A stretch of 64,000 nucleotides of DNA from Auanema rhodensis (GCA_964057225.1 OZ059895.1:13330001-13394000), one strand, 5' to 3'; counted from the stretch's first letter, positions 20,401-29,972 are shown. Numbers and translations: made by a program. Notes: generated by a model not told the origin, from the letters alone.

Positions 20401-23400
20401 GTAATGGTGGTAAGTTCAGTTCTTTTTCATATTTGATCCATTTCTTCATTTCTGCTTCGTATTCTTCTTTTGAATGTAGCTTCTTCGGATTATTTATTGC
20501 GTTCAGGATAATTTTTGCTTGTGCTAGTTGTTCGTACAGTTCTAAATCGTTTCGTGTCTTGGTGAGTCTTGGTTTTCTTGGTGGCATGAGTTGATATAAG
20601 TATTCTTCTAAAGATGGTGTTGTTTCTCCTGTAGCTAACGTAGTAGGTATTTCCGCAAGTGAGTAAGCAATTTCTTTCGCGATTTCATAGTAGTCTCCTG
20701 TTTTGGTTGGTAGTATCTTCTTAAAATCCTTAATTGTGATCCGTTTGCTAAGTTTATGCGTAAGTTCCTTATACGATAGATTATCGATCGCGATTTTTGT
20801 TGCTTCTCTTATTTCTGCTTCTCCTAGGGCGTGTAGAATGGCTATGTTGACGTCTTCATATTTGTGCCATATAAGACGATTTTTGATAACATCAAAATTT
20901 ATACCTAGGTATTTGAAGATTGCGATATACTTAGGTAACATATTTGTTATGTTATTGAGATTGTAATGGATGTCAAGTCTTTTCCGTTGAATATAGGTTG
21001 TATATAGTAGAATAGTTCCGGTTTTGCTGGCTGAATATCTTAGCGAGGGGTATTGATGAACTGTCAAGAATCCTTTAGGGTATTCCGTGATTGCGTGTCT
21101 TCTTGATCGTCCTAAGCTTGAGGTTGAGTTGAAGGAGATTAGAGTTCCGCTATTTGTAGTAAATATCTCTTTTTGTAAGCATGAGGAGGCTTCTTTTTCC
21201 GGTGTTTTATTGTTTAGAATAAAAGCACTTTGAATTCCGGGAATCAATATGGTGTCTTCTGATATAAAAACTTCGTGAGAGCCTAATGAAGTGTACGAGC
21301 AACTATGTTTTTCTGATGGTGGGGTCCATATGATGAGAGCGTTGTTGGTTAGGCATTGTCCTTTGTCACTGGTGCATCCGTTGTCGTTTATGAATATATC
21401 TGAGAGTACTGTATTGTCTTGTAGGCTGGTCATGTGTCCTCGTTCAGCTATGAATCTGGTACGTTGTTCGCATTCCTGTTTCCATATACCATTAGTAATG
21501 GTTGTCTCTGGGAATGGAGTTCCATAGAGTCCTGGTGCTTCTCTTTGAAGGTTGGTACCGTTGAATATTCTTTCTTTAATAGCTGACGAACATTCTTGCA
21601 GTGTTGTTGGTGAAACTTTTGCTAGTGAGACATTAGTTTCTCTGATGAAGAAAACGTCGTGAATGCAGAGTTGGTAAGTTTCAATTGCACATTTCCATGC
21701 TTCCCATTCTTTTGGTTGTAGGTTTTGGATGAACAATTCTGCTGTAGTCTTCTGGATATGGTTATTAGTTGGTGCGATGAATCGGCAAGCTGTTGGAGAT
21801 GGCGGCTCGACATATATTCCTCCTCTGTTTCCTGTGCATAACTGGTACGTTGTTTCTGCACTGCATGTGTTTATAATGAGTGCGATAATTGTGATAAAGA
21901 GGGGTAGGAATGGTGTTGATTTTCTTTTGTTGTTCGGTACTTCGTTTTCTGTGACGTTGTTGACTTGAAAACGTACTCCTGGGCTCTGTGTGCGTTCTCT
22001 ATACCGTTCCGGTCCATTGGAGGTGCTGCGCGGGCGACTTCTATAATTGTTGTATTGGCTTCGATTGTATTGAGAGGGGTATTGTTCGTGATTATTTGAT
22101 TGTCGCCGGTTGTTGTGTCCGCTATAGTTTTGGTCGCGGTTTCGATAGTATGGTCTTTCTTGGCTTCTGTTCCGTGATCTGTCGAAGTAGTTTTGTCTTG
22201 ATCCCTTATTTTGAGAGAATCGTGAGTTATGGTTCCTGTATTGGTGTTGATGAGGCCGATATTGGTTGTTGTATCTGTCCGGATATCGGTTGTGTGGTTT
22301 GCCATTGCCATTATACATCGGTTTGGTTCCTTTGAAATCCTTAGATTCGTTTCTCTGGTATTGATTGTTGTCCTTTGAGTCTCGAATGTTGAGGTTGTTG
22401 AACGACTTCTCTATATTGTTGACAAACGATGTTGGTCTATTTTGTATAAAGAGTTCTTCTCGTAAGGCCATTTCGTAAGCTTCCTCAAAGTTTGGTGGGT
22501 CTAGACGGCTAACGTGTTCGCTTATTTCGGGTCTTAGTCCCCAGGTGAAGGTGGATCGGAGCATGTTAAGCTCACTTTCGTTGTTCATGTCCATAGCCGA
22601 GTAGGCTTCGTTAGAACATCTTGTTGCAAAGCTTTGTACCGATTCCGTTGGTAATTGTTTCAAGCCATGTAGGCGGTGCATTGCTCGTTCTCTCTGTTTT
22701 TTCGGTGTGATCATTTCTGAGAGTCGCTTCTTGACATGGTCCCATCCGAGTCGCTTATCTTCGGTTGTGAGTTTTCTGTACGCTTCTCTTGCTCGATCAT
22801 CTTCTAGCAATAATTGTATGCTTTGAAGACGTTCGGGCATAGTTGTTCTTGTAGCGTTGAAGTGTTCGTCTAGGTATAGTAGATAGCGGTTGAATGGTGT
22901 TTTTCCATCGTAGCGTGGAGCTTTTATATCGCGTATGGCGGACGGAATCGCTGCTGGTTGAGGGATGATTGTAGGTGTTGGAACAGGTGCCCTTCCCGAG
23001 GTTTGCGTAAGTGGTGCGCCTTCGTCCATTGGGTCCATTCTTGGGTTAATTCTCTTGTTTTCTGCAACAAAAGTATTTGCTTGATTAGTTTGCGATGGAA
23101 GAGACGGAGATAGAGAATGCCCAGATGTAGAATGATCAATGGATGAAGGTGAGTTTCGTAGAGGTGGGGATGAGCTTACTGCGGGTGTGGTTGAAGAAAG
23201 TGCGGGCGTAGGTGATTTTTGTGTGGTTGGTGTATTGCTTCTTCTAGGGGTGGCTATTAAAGGATTGATTGGGTTGATTGTATTTGGTATGGTGTTGGTT
23301 GGGGGGTTTTGAGGGTTCCCTTTGCTTGCTATGTTTTTAGGAATAGGTTTAATGTTTGGGATAATTTTCTTTTCTAAGGTGTTTCTTTCGACTATGTCTG

Positions 23401-23623
23401 TTTTTTGTTTCTTCGTTTTTTCATGTGATTTGGGATTGGTGAATTGTTTTTGAATGCCGCGATGTCTTGGGGTATGTATTACCATTGACTTTGTTTTAAT
23501 GCTTAACTTCGCTTGTTTTGCAGAGGGGGGAGAATATGTTGCGGGCGGTTGTCTTTTTCTTCTTATAATATTTGAAGTGGCAGCAGGGTCCAGCGGAGGT
23601 TTTGGACCAGTATTGGGCAGCAT
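14423..23623 (-). CDS. E2 Gag-Env-Pol polyprotein (Gag CA, signal peptide, class III-like glycoprotein, TM, aspartic protease, RT, RNase H, integrase)
   Basis: First ATG at 23623. Gag PRYDG..LKQLPTESV..FTWGLR. Hydrophobic signal ~21857-21919. Furin RSRR ~21098-21109. TM ~18860-18925. LWDTGA ~18545. YLDD 17228-17239. RNase H IESDGS/EALA/TDH. Integrase HHCC, DILGP, TDNG, GQVER. RT-RH-IN order is Gypsy-type. Confidence 0.95.
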   Translation of the reverse strand: MLPNTGPKPPLDPAATSNIIRRKRQPPATYSPPSAKQAKLSIKTKSMVIHTPRHRGIQKQFTNPKSHEKTKKQKTDIVERNTLEKKIIPNIKPIPKNIASKGNPQNPPTNTIPNTINPINPLIATPRRSNTPTTQKSPTPALSSTTPAVSSSPPLRNSPSSIDHSTSGHSLSPSLPSQTNQANTFVAENKRINPRMDPMDEGAPLTQTSGRAPVPTPTIIPQPAAIPSAIRDIKAPRYDGKTPFNRYLLYLDEHFNATRTTMPERLQSIQLLLEDDRAREAYRKLTTEDKRLGWDHVKKRLSEMITPKKQRERAMHRLHGLKQLPTESVQSFATRCSNEAYSAMDMNNESELNMLRSTFTWGLRPEISEHVSRLDPPNFEEAYEMALREELFIQNRPTSFVNNIEKSFNNLNIRDSKDNNQYQRNESKDFKGTKPMYNGNGKPHNRYPDRYNNQYRPHQHQYRNHNSRFSQNKGSRQNYFDRSRNRSQERPYYRNRDQNYSGHNNRRQSNNHEQYPSQYNRSQYNNYRSRPRSTSNGPERYRERTQSPGVRFQVNNVTENEVPNNKRKSTPFLPLFITIIALIINTCSAETTYQLCTGNRGGIYVEPPSPTACRFIAPTNNHIQKTTAELFIQNLQPKEWEAWKCAIETYQLCIHDVFFIRETNVSLAKVSPTTLQECSSAIKERIFNGTNLQREAPGLYGTPFPETTITNGIWKQECEQRTRFIAERGHMTSLQDNTVLSDIFINDNGCTSDKGQCLTNNALIIWTPPSEKHSCSYTSLGSHEVFISEDTILIPGIQSAFILNNKTPEKEASSCLQKEIFTTNSGTLISFNSTSSLGRSRRHAITEYPKGFLTVHQYPSLRYSASKTGTILLYTTYIQRKRLDIHYNLNNITNMLPKYIAIFKYLGINFDVIKNRLIWHKYEDVNIAILHALGEAEIREATKIAIDNLSYKELTHKLSKRITIKDFKKILPTKTGDYYEIAKEIAYSLAEIPTTLATGETTPSLEEYLYQLMPPRKPRLTKTRNDLELYEQLAQAKIILNAINNPKKLHSKEEYEAEMKKWIKYEKELNLPPLQLPNYTVIFDGDDIFYGFRKRNPTNYSITQEDSEKFYNHYLPLISTPGTRPFATTIRSTSTPLQTTTTTTTTTPKPTTIRNVITSTITPKTHISTTTRPKPTIPTSSSTTTTTTTTTTTTSTTARPRSTTTTTPTTTTTIFTTHRPTQSFSTPQSTFNITTNPITITSSQEYNRKESLTKSPPPRTTKRSITTTRSTPEEISSHIGKKAHVDYLKAKNDIVQKWNEHLHQQETQSHLQYATTNLEDDIIRTFTTNRNNICHVQNKQLLTWWAILQINPTIGMRTMLRRQDISARFINDKLIYVMPCTPIQITKTYRDHKVNSTCFLETPVETEHHGQLFILPGTRDLTPMAHAIPCGFTIKDPWKENDQWTNNNQSINVTSPAYIDELGSINLEHIKFNGSNIFNNLTESTFPMALAISYGSSLATLQATLPGRIKPVIKQRSIPNMNPVTLTAGAASSLLLSYEHTKEAITWKMFDFLSPIWEKIQTWTLRVLAIIGSIIITIGIITLATWIIKIYACSSRIPINNVKWEAEYLQPLSTENTRTETSHPSPSAPYVDNHHNSCQLTLYDPSAPIPEHIYEAYFPTSMKKENINYIGGSQLPFVPISIHNHIFKALWDTGASASYMRESTFKQLPAATMVLKQTTAIVANKSKFSFMGYTRILITIGTTETEHKFYVAEDNYCPAPVLLGIDFMEALHQQGIYTSLRPLDKTIVIGTTHVPLARETSPWEHQTTKAYVVSLENKTLRPGETRTLTLEVHDPESYEQAFLDCKKPGNKLSFTPTIFTPTGYGVQIYATNICKQPLEIQMNQEIGIAEAIPKDNQEKYEGQYIPPEARWEEQLPYFPDNFINELDLSEACFSQIEQQQLKEIILLHKQAFLNEDRNIGLFLGPIEHSIPIMPGKTPSFKITYRIPLSQQEEVEKQIEEMLQQRIIEPSNSMTTSPVILVKKKDKTYRFVTDFRALNAITQKQVYVISNIQDILDLAAGARIFSNFDLVSGFFQIPLKKEDRHLTAFTTTSGTYQYCRMPMGLCGSPHTFQNAVRYLQSMVKCKLFVYLDDLLLISESTTAHLKDIEEVLEAVTQIGFKIKLKKCAFARKEVKFLGYIVGQEGIKPDPHKIKAIQDYPQPKSTTGVRAFMGVVNYFRRFIKNAAGIATPLYNLTRKDTPFKWTEEEETAFNTLKKTLTQAPVLQAPIPKRPYVIESDGSMIAVCAVLLQAKDDQEPLHPIAFASRKLNKAERNYPPIEVEALALTFAVKQFRTYILGTATKIITDHRPLTSLMTRKDLIGRLAKFQIVLQEYDIEIIYRPGKLNSVCDALSRYFENEINEAKPPAKKKNERKTAEDTIHQINTFTIADIRSVQNQSNWIKETMDKIKNNTAGRQLTDRYIVYNDVLYSKPKRSLQVPRTILPREEHIINPIMKKFHEDPTLGAHLGINKTMDSISRRFTWTGMQEDITNYINRCLACAKRKNNPHEATVEPMKNFPTSTKPWQRVHMDILGPLPRTEQENRYVLSIQDSFSNWIIAIPLIRQTSGEIISAIEKYLFYVFGPPVTIITDNGSNFISNDFTTMCSNFGTTHHTTMPYYKNANGQVERLHRTIEEALTAYVNDEQNDWDKILPKIIFTLNRLPNATTKTSPYECLFGQVARLPIDKNLETPEEQNITDQLKNLRDIQEKVKEKIATNEERMKQKYDQAHRTKERILDIGDRVFVQRANPSNKLQIRRDGPYRIVTIEGNNISITDQDGNIIKAHKNNIRYFPPDDNLISTRNNEEEEEEDQDIANEEEEEEEASWNNLNEWEQTNNTENNNNCYPTGSPDTLAQLLPITGNNRGVNEEEIEHNSETPDDLATARRITNSNIQLENESTTIDRIQEDLRQLTPFSQEEGPNQNDIEDNNAKTYEKLRDQFKNENRKELFEDRNKNSPAIKNWNTTLAAALGIGNENSRPYHVKLQPKRKTQDEEIRSNGELELHGKADQSKKQQNESPTQNKGEQVRNF

Positions 23624-24861
23624 CGTTGGTATCCTGTAAGGAAATTTGTTATATCCAACGTGTGCCAAAATAATTTTATATATAGAAAAACGTAAAGAAT
23701 AATGTTGGGTTTGTGTGCGCGATTCTTATGAAGGTAGCTAGTCTTGCAAGTAATCTCTTTACCAATATAGCTCGTCCGGGTCTAACACAGGTTTGAAACT
23801 AGTGTGCCTTTTCGAAGGGACAAGTTCTATATTGTGAAAAAGGCATGAAATGAAAGTTAATAGTTCGCCAGTCTTTTGGGACAAGGATACAAAATAGAAT
23901 TTTCGCAATCATTTCATTTTCCCAGACCTCATTAACCTATCTGAGTCACAGGTATGTCAGCTGCCTTCTGCATCCTGCTCCCTGACTCTATGATGGCGAG
24001 ACCACTCTTAGTATTTATATCAATGTGGGGCAGGTTTCAATTCAAAAATTCTCTAATTATTTCATGGGGCGTACGTCTTATCCTGAGTGTCGGCCTCCGC
24101 TCGAGTCTCTTGAGTGTCTGGCATTATTCTTAACGAGGGGGGATGGTTTTTGCGTATGAGTTAAAACTTATTGATTAATTTAATTATTTTTCGTATTTTC
24201 AGGTGCTAAGGTAATCGGAATTTGGATACGCTGCGCCTAATAAATATTTTTACTGTCGTGTTTAACACGGGATTTCTTGTTTATGAAATTACGGGGGGGG
24301 GGGGGGGGAGGGGTGGGTTTATGAGAATACAGTGTAGTAGCATAAGAATAATAGTTTTATAAACGAACATAAAGAAAATAATGAAAATATGGTATGATAG
24401 GATGATTAAGATAGTATGATAAGATGAAGATTCAGATAATATGATAAGATGATTAAGATTGAGAGGTATAGAAGCAATATTCTTTTTTATTTCTTAATTC
24501 TAAATTAATTTTATAAAGAACTTAACTATTTTTGTTCAAAAAATGTGAAAATAAACTTATAATTCTTAGAAAAGTTAATTATTGAATTTGAATAATTTTC
24601 GTATATAGGATTTTGGATAGAGAGAATGATAAATGATATAAGTACTCTTATGAATAATTGAAAATGATTTATGAGAATATAATGAATGGAAAACTGAGTT
24701 TTTGTAAATAGTTTTTGGATATAATTTTTAATAGAAAAGTTTTAGAGTTTTTAAGAAAATATTATAAGCTAACTTTAAGAGAGAGATAAGATTTTTAATT
24801 GAAAAAGAGATGTAGACGGTAGCGCTTGAGTTCCTTTACGAGATCCTGTCCAAAAGGAAGG

Positions 24862-24879
24862 ATCTCGGTGGAACCTCCA
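24862..24879 (-). promoter_or_regulatory. Primer-binding site for tRNA-Gln (E2)
   Basis: TGGAGGTTCCACCGAGAT directly after the 5' LTR. Confidence 0.88.
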
Positions 24880-25296
24880 CGTTCCATTTAGATTCTCAAT
24901 GGTTCCAAGTTGAGAGATCCAAACAGACTATGAGAAGATGAGTATGATTTTAAATATAAGTGTGTAATGTAAGGTGAAATAAGAAACAAAAGATGAAATG
25001 TATAAAGGTTTATTGTTCGCATTATAATATAATTATACAAAGATTAAAGCTAGAGTTAAGAAAGAGAATATAAAGAAGATAAAGAGAAAGTAAGATAATG
25101 AGATAATGAGATGCCTGAGTCTTGAGGACTCAGGTTTATATATCCATACAACTCCTACTCAGTTTACACAAATTGTTACAAAGCTTATAAAAAGTGCATC
25201 TAGAATATTCTCAGAATTGCTTAAAAACTATCTGCCTTAGTTTAATAATAGCAGCTGCCATGGTCAGCTGCTTTCCTTTGAGATATGTATGTAACA
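24880..25296 (-). repeat. E2 5' LTR
   Basis: Direct repeat of 12974-13390. Confidence 0.95.
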
Positions 25297-25621
25297 GTTA
25301 CATCTAAATTCCTCGATGATATCAAATCTTATGAGCTCCAAATACAATAAATTAAAAAAGGTTTCACAGTTGTATAGTGTTAAAACAATGTTTGTTTCAA
25401 TAGGAAATAGATAGAAACAGTAAAGTTAAGATGAAGGTTCATAAACTACTGGTTTATAACTGTAATATAGAAATAAGATTGAAGATATTTTGATGCCTTG
25501 GGTTGAGCTATCTAAGTAAAACTGCTAGAAAATTAAAAACATTTGTTACGGAAGAGATAAAATTGAAAATCAGCTGCATTGCGTACTTTCAACGTGGTAT
25601 GATCGTTAAAAAAAATTGAAA

Positions 25622-25740
25622 AGCTTACGGCACCCGGGATTCCCAAGCCGTCTCCGATCCAAGTACTAACCGGGCCCAACGTTGCTTGACTTGCCAGATC
25701 GGACGGGATGGCGTACTTTCAACGTGGTATGGTCGTAAGC
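25622..25740 (-). rRNA. 5S rRNA
   Basis: Array copy. Confidence 0.95.
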
Positions 25741-26150
25741 GAAAATATCTGATATTCAATGATTTACATACTTATCCTCGTTATTGTTTTTTTTCCAATT
25801 TCATGTTAGTTATGTAATTTTCTACGTTACATCTAAATTCCTCGATGATATCAAATCTTATGAGCTCCAAATACAATAAATTAAAAAAGGTTTCACAGTT
25901 GTATAGTGTTAAAACAATGTTTGTTTCAATAGGAAATAGATAGAAACAGTAAAGTTAAGATGAAGGTTCATAAACTACTGGTTTATAACTGTAATATAGA
26001 AATAAGATTGAAGATATTTTGATGCCTTGGGTTGAGCTATCTAAGTAAAACTGCTAGAAAATTAAAAACATTTGTTACGGAAGAGATAAAATTGAAAATC
26101 AGCTGCATTGCGTACTTTCAACGTGGTATGATCGTTAAAAAAAATTGAAA

Positions 26151-26269
26151 AGCTTACGGCACCCGGGATTCCCAAGCCGTCTCCGATCCAAGTACTAACC
26201 GGGCCCAACGTTGCTTGACTTGCCAGATCGGACGGGATGGCGTACTTTCAACGTGGTATGGTCGTAAGC
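26151..26269 (-). rRNA. 5S rRNA
   Basis: Array copy. Confidence 0.95.
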
Positions 26270-26679
26270 GAAAATATCTGATATTCAATGATTTACATAC
26301 TTATCCTCGTTATTGTTTTTTTTCCAATTTCATGTTAGTTATGTAATTTTCTACGTTACATCTAAATTCCTCGATGATATCAAATCTTATGAGCTCCAAA
26401 TACAATAAATTAAAAAAGGTTTCACAGTTGTATAGTGTTAAAACAATGTTTGTTTCAATAGGAAATAGATAGAAACAGTAAAGTTAAGATGAAGGTTCAT
26501 AAACTACTGGTTTATAACTGTAATATAGAAATAAGATTGAAGATATTTTGATGCCTTGGGTTGAGCTATCTAAGTAAAACTGCTAGAAAATTAAAAACAT
26601 TTGTTACGGAAGAGATAAAATTGAAAATCAGCTGCATTGCGTACTTTCAACGTGGTATGATCGTTAAAAAAAATTGAAA

Positions 26680-26798
26680 AGCTTACGGCACCCGGGATTC
26701 CCAAGCCGTCTCCGATCCAAGTACTAACCGGGCCCAACGTTGCTTGACTTGCCAGATCGGACGGGATGGCGTACTTTCAACGTGGTATGGTCGTAAGC
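26680..26798 (-). rRNA. 5S rRNA
   Basis: Array copy. Confidence 0.95.
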
Positions 26799-27208
26799 GA
26801 AAATACCTGATATTCAATGATTTACATACTTATCCTCGTTATTGTTTTTTTTCCAATTTCATGTTAGTTATGTAATTTTCTACGTTACATCTAAATTCCT
26901 CGATGATATCAAATCTTATGAGCTCCAAATACAATAAATTAAAAAAGGTTTCACAGTTGTATAGTGTTAAAACAATGTTTGTTTCAATAGGAAATAGATA
27001 GAAACAGTAAAGTTAAGATGAAGGTTCATAAACTACTGGTTTATAACTGTAATATAGAAATAAGATTGAAGATATTTTGATGCCTTGGGTTGAGCTATCT
27101 AAGTAAAACTGCTAGAAAATTAAAAACATTTGTTACGGAAGAGATAAAATTGAAAATCAGCTGCATTGCGTACTTTCAACGTGGTATGATCGTTAAAAAA
27201 AATTGAAA

Positions 27209-27327
27209 AGCTTACGGCACCCGGGATTCCCAAGCCGTCTCCGATCCAAGTACTAACCGGGCCCAACGTTGCTTGACTTGCCAGATCGGACAGGATGGCG
27301 TACTTTCAACGTGGTATGGTCGTAAGC
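27209..27327 (-). rRNA. 5S rRNA (acagg variant)
   Basis: Array copy. Confidence 0.93.
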
Positions 27328-27737
27328 GAAAATACCTGATATTCAATGATTTACATACTTATCCTCGTTATTGTTTTTTTTCCAATTTCATGTTAGTTAT
27401 GTAATTTTCTACGTTACATCTAAATTCCTCGATGATATCAAATCTTATGAGCACCAAATACAATAAATTAAAAAAGGTTTCACAGTTGTATAGTGTTAAA
27501 ACAATGTTTGTTTCAATAGGAAATAGATAGAAACAGTAAAGTTAAGATGAAGGTTCATAAACTACTGGTTTATAACTGTAATATAGAAATAAGATTGAAG
27601 ATATTTTGATGCCTTGGGTTGAGCTATCTAAGTAAAACTGCTAGAAAATTAAAAACATTTGTTACGGAAGAGATAAAATTGAAAATCAGCTGCACGGCGT
27701 ACTTTCAACGTGGTATGATCGTTAAAAAAATTTGAAA

Positions 27738-27856
27738 AGCTTACGGCACCCGGGATTCCCAAGCCGTCTCCGATCCAAGTACTAACCGGGCCCAACGTTG
27801 CTTGACTTGCCAGATCGGACGGGATGGCGTACTTTCAACGTGGTATGGTAGTAAGC
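27738..27856 (-). rRNA. 5S rRNA (1 variant nt)
   Basis: Array copy. Confidence 0.93.
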
Positions 27857-28266
27857 GAAAATATCTGATATTCAATGATTTACATACTTATCCTCGTTAT
27901 TGTTTTTTTTCCAATTTCATGTTAGTTATGTAATTTTCTACGTTACATCTAAATTCCTCGATGATATCAAATCTTATGAGCTCCAAATACAATAAATTAA
28001 AAAAGGTTTCACAGTTGTATAGTGTTAAAACAATGTTTGTTTCAATAGGAAATAGATAGAAACAGTAAAGTTAAGATGAAGGTTCATAAACTACTGGTTT
28101 ATAACTGTAATATAGAAATAAGATTGAAGATATTTTGATGCCTTGGGTTGAGCTATCTAAGTAAAACTGCTAGAAAATTAAAAACATTTGTTACGGAAGA
28201 GATAAAATTGAAAATCAGCTGCATTGCGTACTTTCAACGTGGTATGATCGTTAAAAAAAATTGAAA

Positions 28267-28385
28267 AGCTTACGGCACCCGGGATTCCCAAGCCGTCTCC
28301 GATCCAAGTACTAACCGGGCCCAACGTTGCTTGACTTGCCAGATCGGACGGGATGGCGTACTTTCAACGTGGTATGGTCGTAAGC
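28267..28385 (-). rRNA. 5S rRNA
   Basis: Array copy. Confidence 0.95.
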
Positions 28386-28795
28386 GAAAATACCTGATAT
28401 TCAATGATTTACATACTTATCCTCGTTATTGTTTTTTTTCCAATTTCATGTTAGTTATGTAATTTTCTACGTTACATCTAAATTCCTCGATGATATCAAA
28501 TCTTATGAGCTCCAAATACAATAAATTAAAAAAGGTTTCACAGTTGTATAGTGTTAAAACAATGTTTGTTTCAATAGGAAATAGATAGAAACAGTAAAGT
28601 TAAGATGAAGGTTCATAAACTACTGGTTTATAACTGTAATATAGGAATAAGATTAGAGATAATTCGCTGCCTTGGGTTGAGCTATCTAAGTAAAACTGCT
28701 GGAAAATTGAAAACATTTGTTACGGAAGAGATAAAATTGAAAATCAGCTGCATTGCGTACTTTCAACGTGGTATGATCGTTAAAAAAAATTGAAA

Positions 28796-28914
28796 AGCTT
28801 ACGGCACCCGGGATTCCCAAGCCGTCTCCGATCCAAGTACTAACCGGGCCCAACGTTGCTTGACTTGCCAGATCGGACAGGATGGCGTACTTTCAACGTG
28901 GTATGGTCGTAAGC
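28796..28914 (-). rRNA. 5S rRNA (acagg variant)
   Basis: Array copy. Confidence 0.93.
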
Positions 28915-29324
28915 GAAAATACCTGATATTCAATGATTTACATACTTATCCTCGTTATTGTTTTTTTTCCAATTTCATGTTAGTTATGTAATTTTCTACG
29001 TTACATCTAAATTCCTCGATGATATCAAATCTTATGAGCACCAAATACAATAAATTAAAAAAGGTTTCACAGTTGTATAGTGTTAAAACAATGTTTGTTT
29101 CAATAGGAAATAGATAGAAACAGTAAAGTTAAGATGAAGGTTCATAAACTACTGGTTTATAACTGTAATATAGAAATAAGATTGAAGATATTTTGATGCC
29201 TTGGGTTGAGCTATCTAAGTAAAACTGCTAGAAAATTAAAAACATTTGTTACGGAAGAGATAAAATTGAAAATCAGCTGCACGGCGTACTTTCAACGTGG
29301 TATGATCGTTAAAAAAATTTGAAA

Positions 29325-29443
29325 AGCTTACGGCACCCGGGATTCCCAAGCCGTCTCCGATCCAAGTACTAACCGGGCCCAACGTTGCTTGACTTGCCAG
29401 ATCGGACGGGATGGCGTACTTTCAACGTGGTATGGTCGTAAGC
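29325..29443 (-). rRNA. 5S rRNA
   Basis: Array copy. Confidence 0.95.
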
Positions 29444-29853
29444 GAAAATATCTGATATTCAATGATTTACATACTTATCCTCGTTATTGTTTTTTTTCCA
29501 ATTTCATGTTAGTTATGTAATTTTCTACGTTACATCTAAATTCCTCGATGATATCAAATCTTATAAGCTCCAAATACAATAAATTAAAAAAGGTTTCACA
29601 GTTGTATAGTGTTAAAACAATGTTTGTTTCAATAGGAAATAGATAGAAACAGTAAAGTTAAGATGAAGGTTCATAAACTACTGGTTTATAACTGTAATAT
29701 AGAAATAAGATTGAAGATATTTTGATGCCTTGGGTTGAGCTATCTAAGTAAAACTGCTAGAAAATTAAAAACATTTGTTACGGAAGAGATAAAATTGAAA
29801 ATCAGCTGCATTGCGTACTTTCAACGTGGTATGATCGTTAAAAAAAATTGAAA

Positions 29854-29972
29854 AGCTTACGGCACCCGGGATTCCCAAGCCGTCTCCGATCCAAGTACTA
29901 ACCGGGCCCAACGTTGCTTGACTTGCCAGATCGGACGGGATGGCGTACTTTCAACGTGGTATGGTCGTAAGC
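29854..29972 (-). rRNA. 5S rRNA
   Basis: Array copy. Confidence 0.95.

Larger units (their letters stand above)
12974..25296 (-). mobile_element. E2: full-length env-bearing Ty3/Gypsy LTR retrotransposon (12.3 kb)
   Basis: 417-bp LTRs (12974-13390, 24880-25296; 1 substitution seen). TSD gtta. tRNA-Gln PBS 24862-24879. Intact polyprotein. Confidence 0.97.

Noticed and set aside
14423-23668. Env as a nested secondary insertion into gag-pol
   Set aside because: Same position, in frame, in divergent families, with signal and TM placed to preserve topology and no TSD or LTR around it.
25741-26150. Spliced-leader (SL1) RNA gene in the 5S spacer, as in many nematodes
   Set aside because: No GGTTTAATTACCCAAGTTTGAG-like leader with GT donor and Sm site on either strand. 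ggtttataac and ggtttcacag lack the rest of the motif. A highly diverged SL cannot be fully excluded without Infernal.
28605-28793. Repeated short ORFs MKVHKLL... and MTCQIGR... in the array
   Set aside because: They open only in units with a spacer SNP or a 9-T tract, and one overlaps 5S antisense; these are chance frames.
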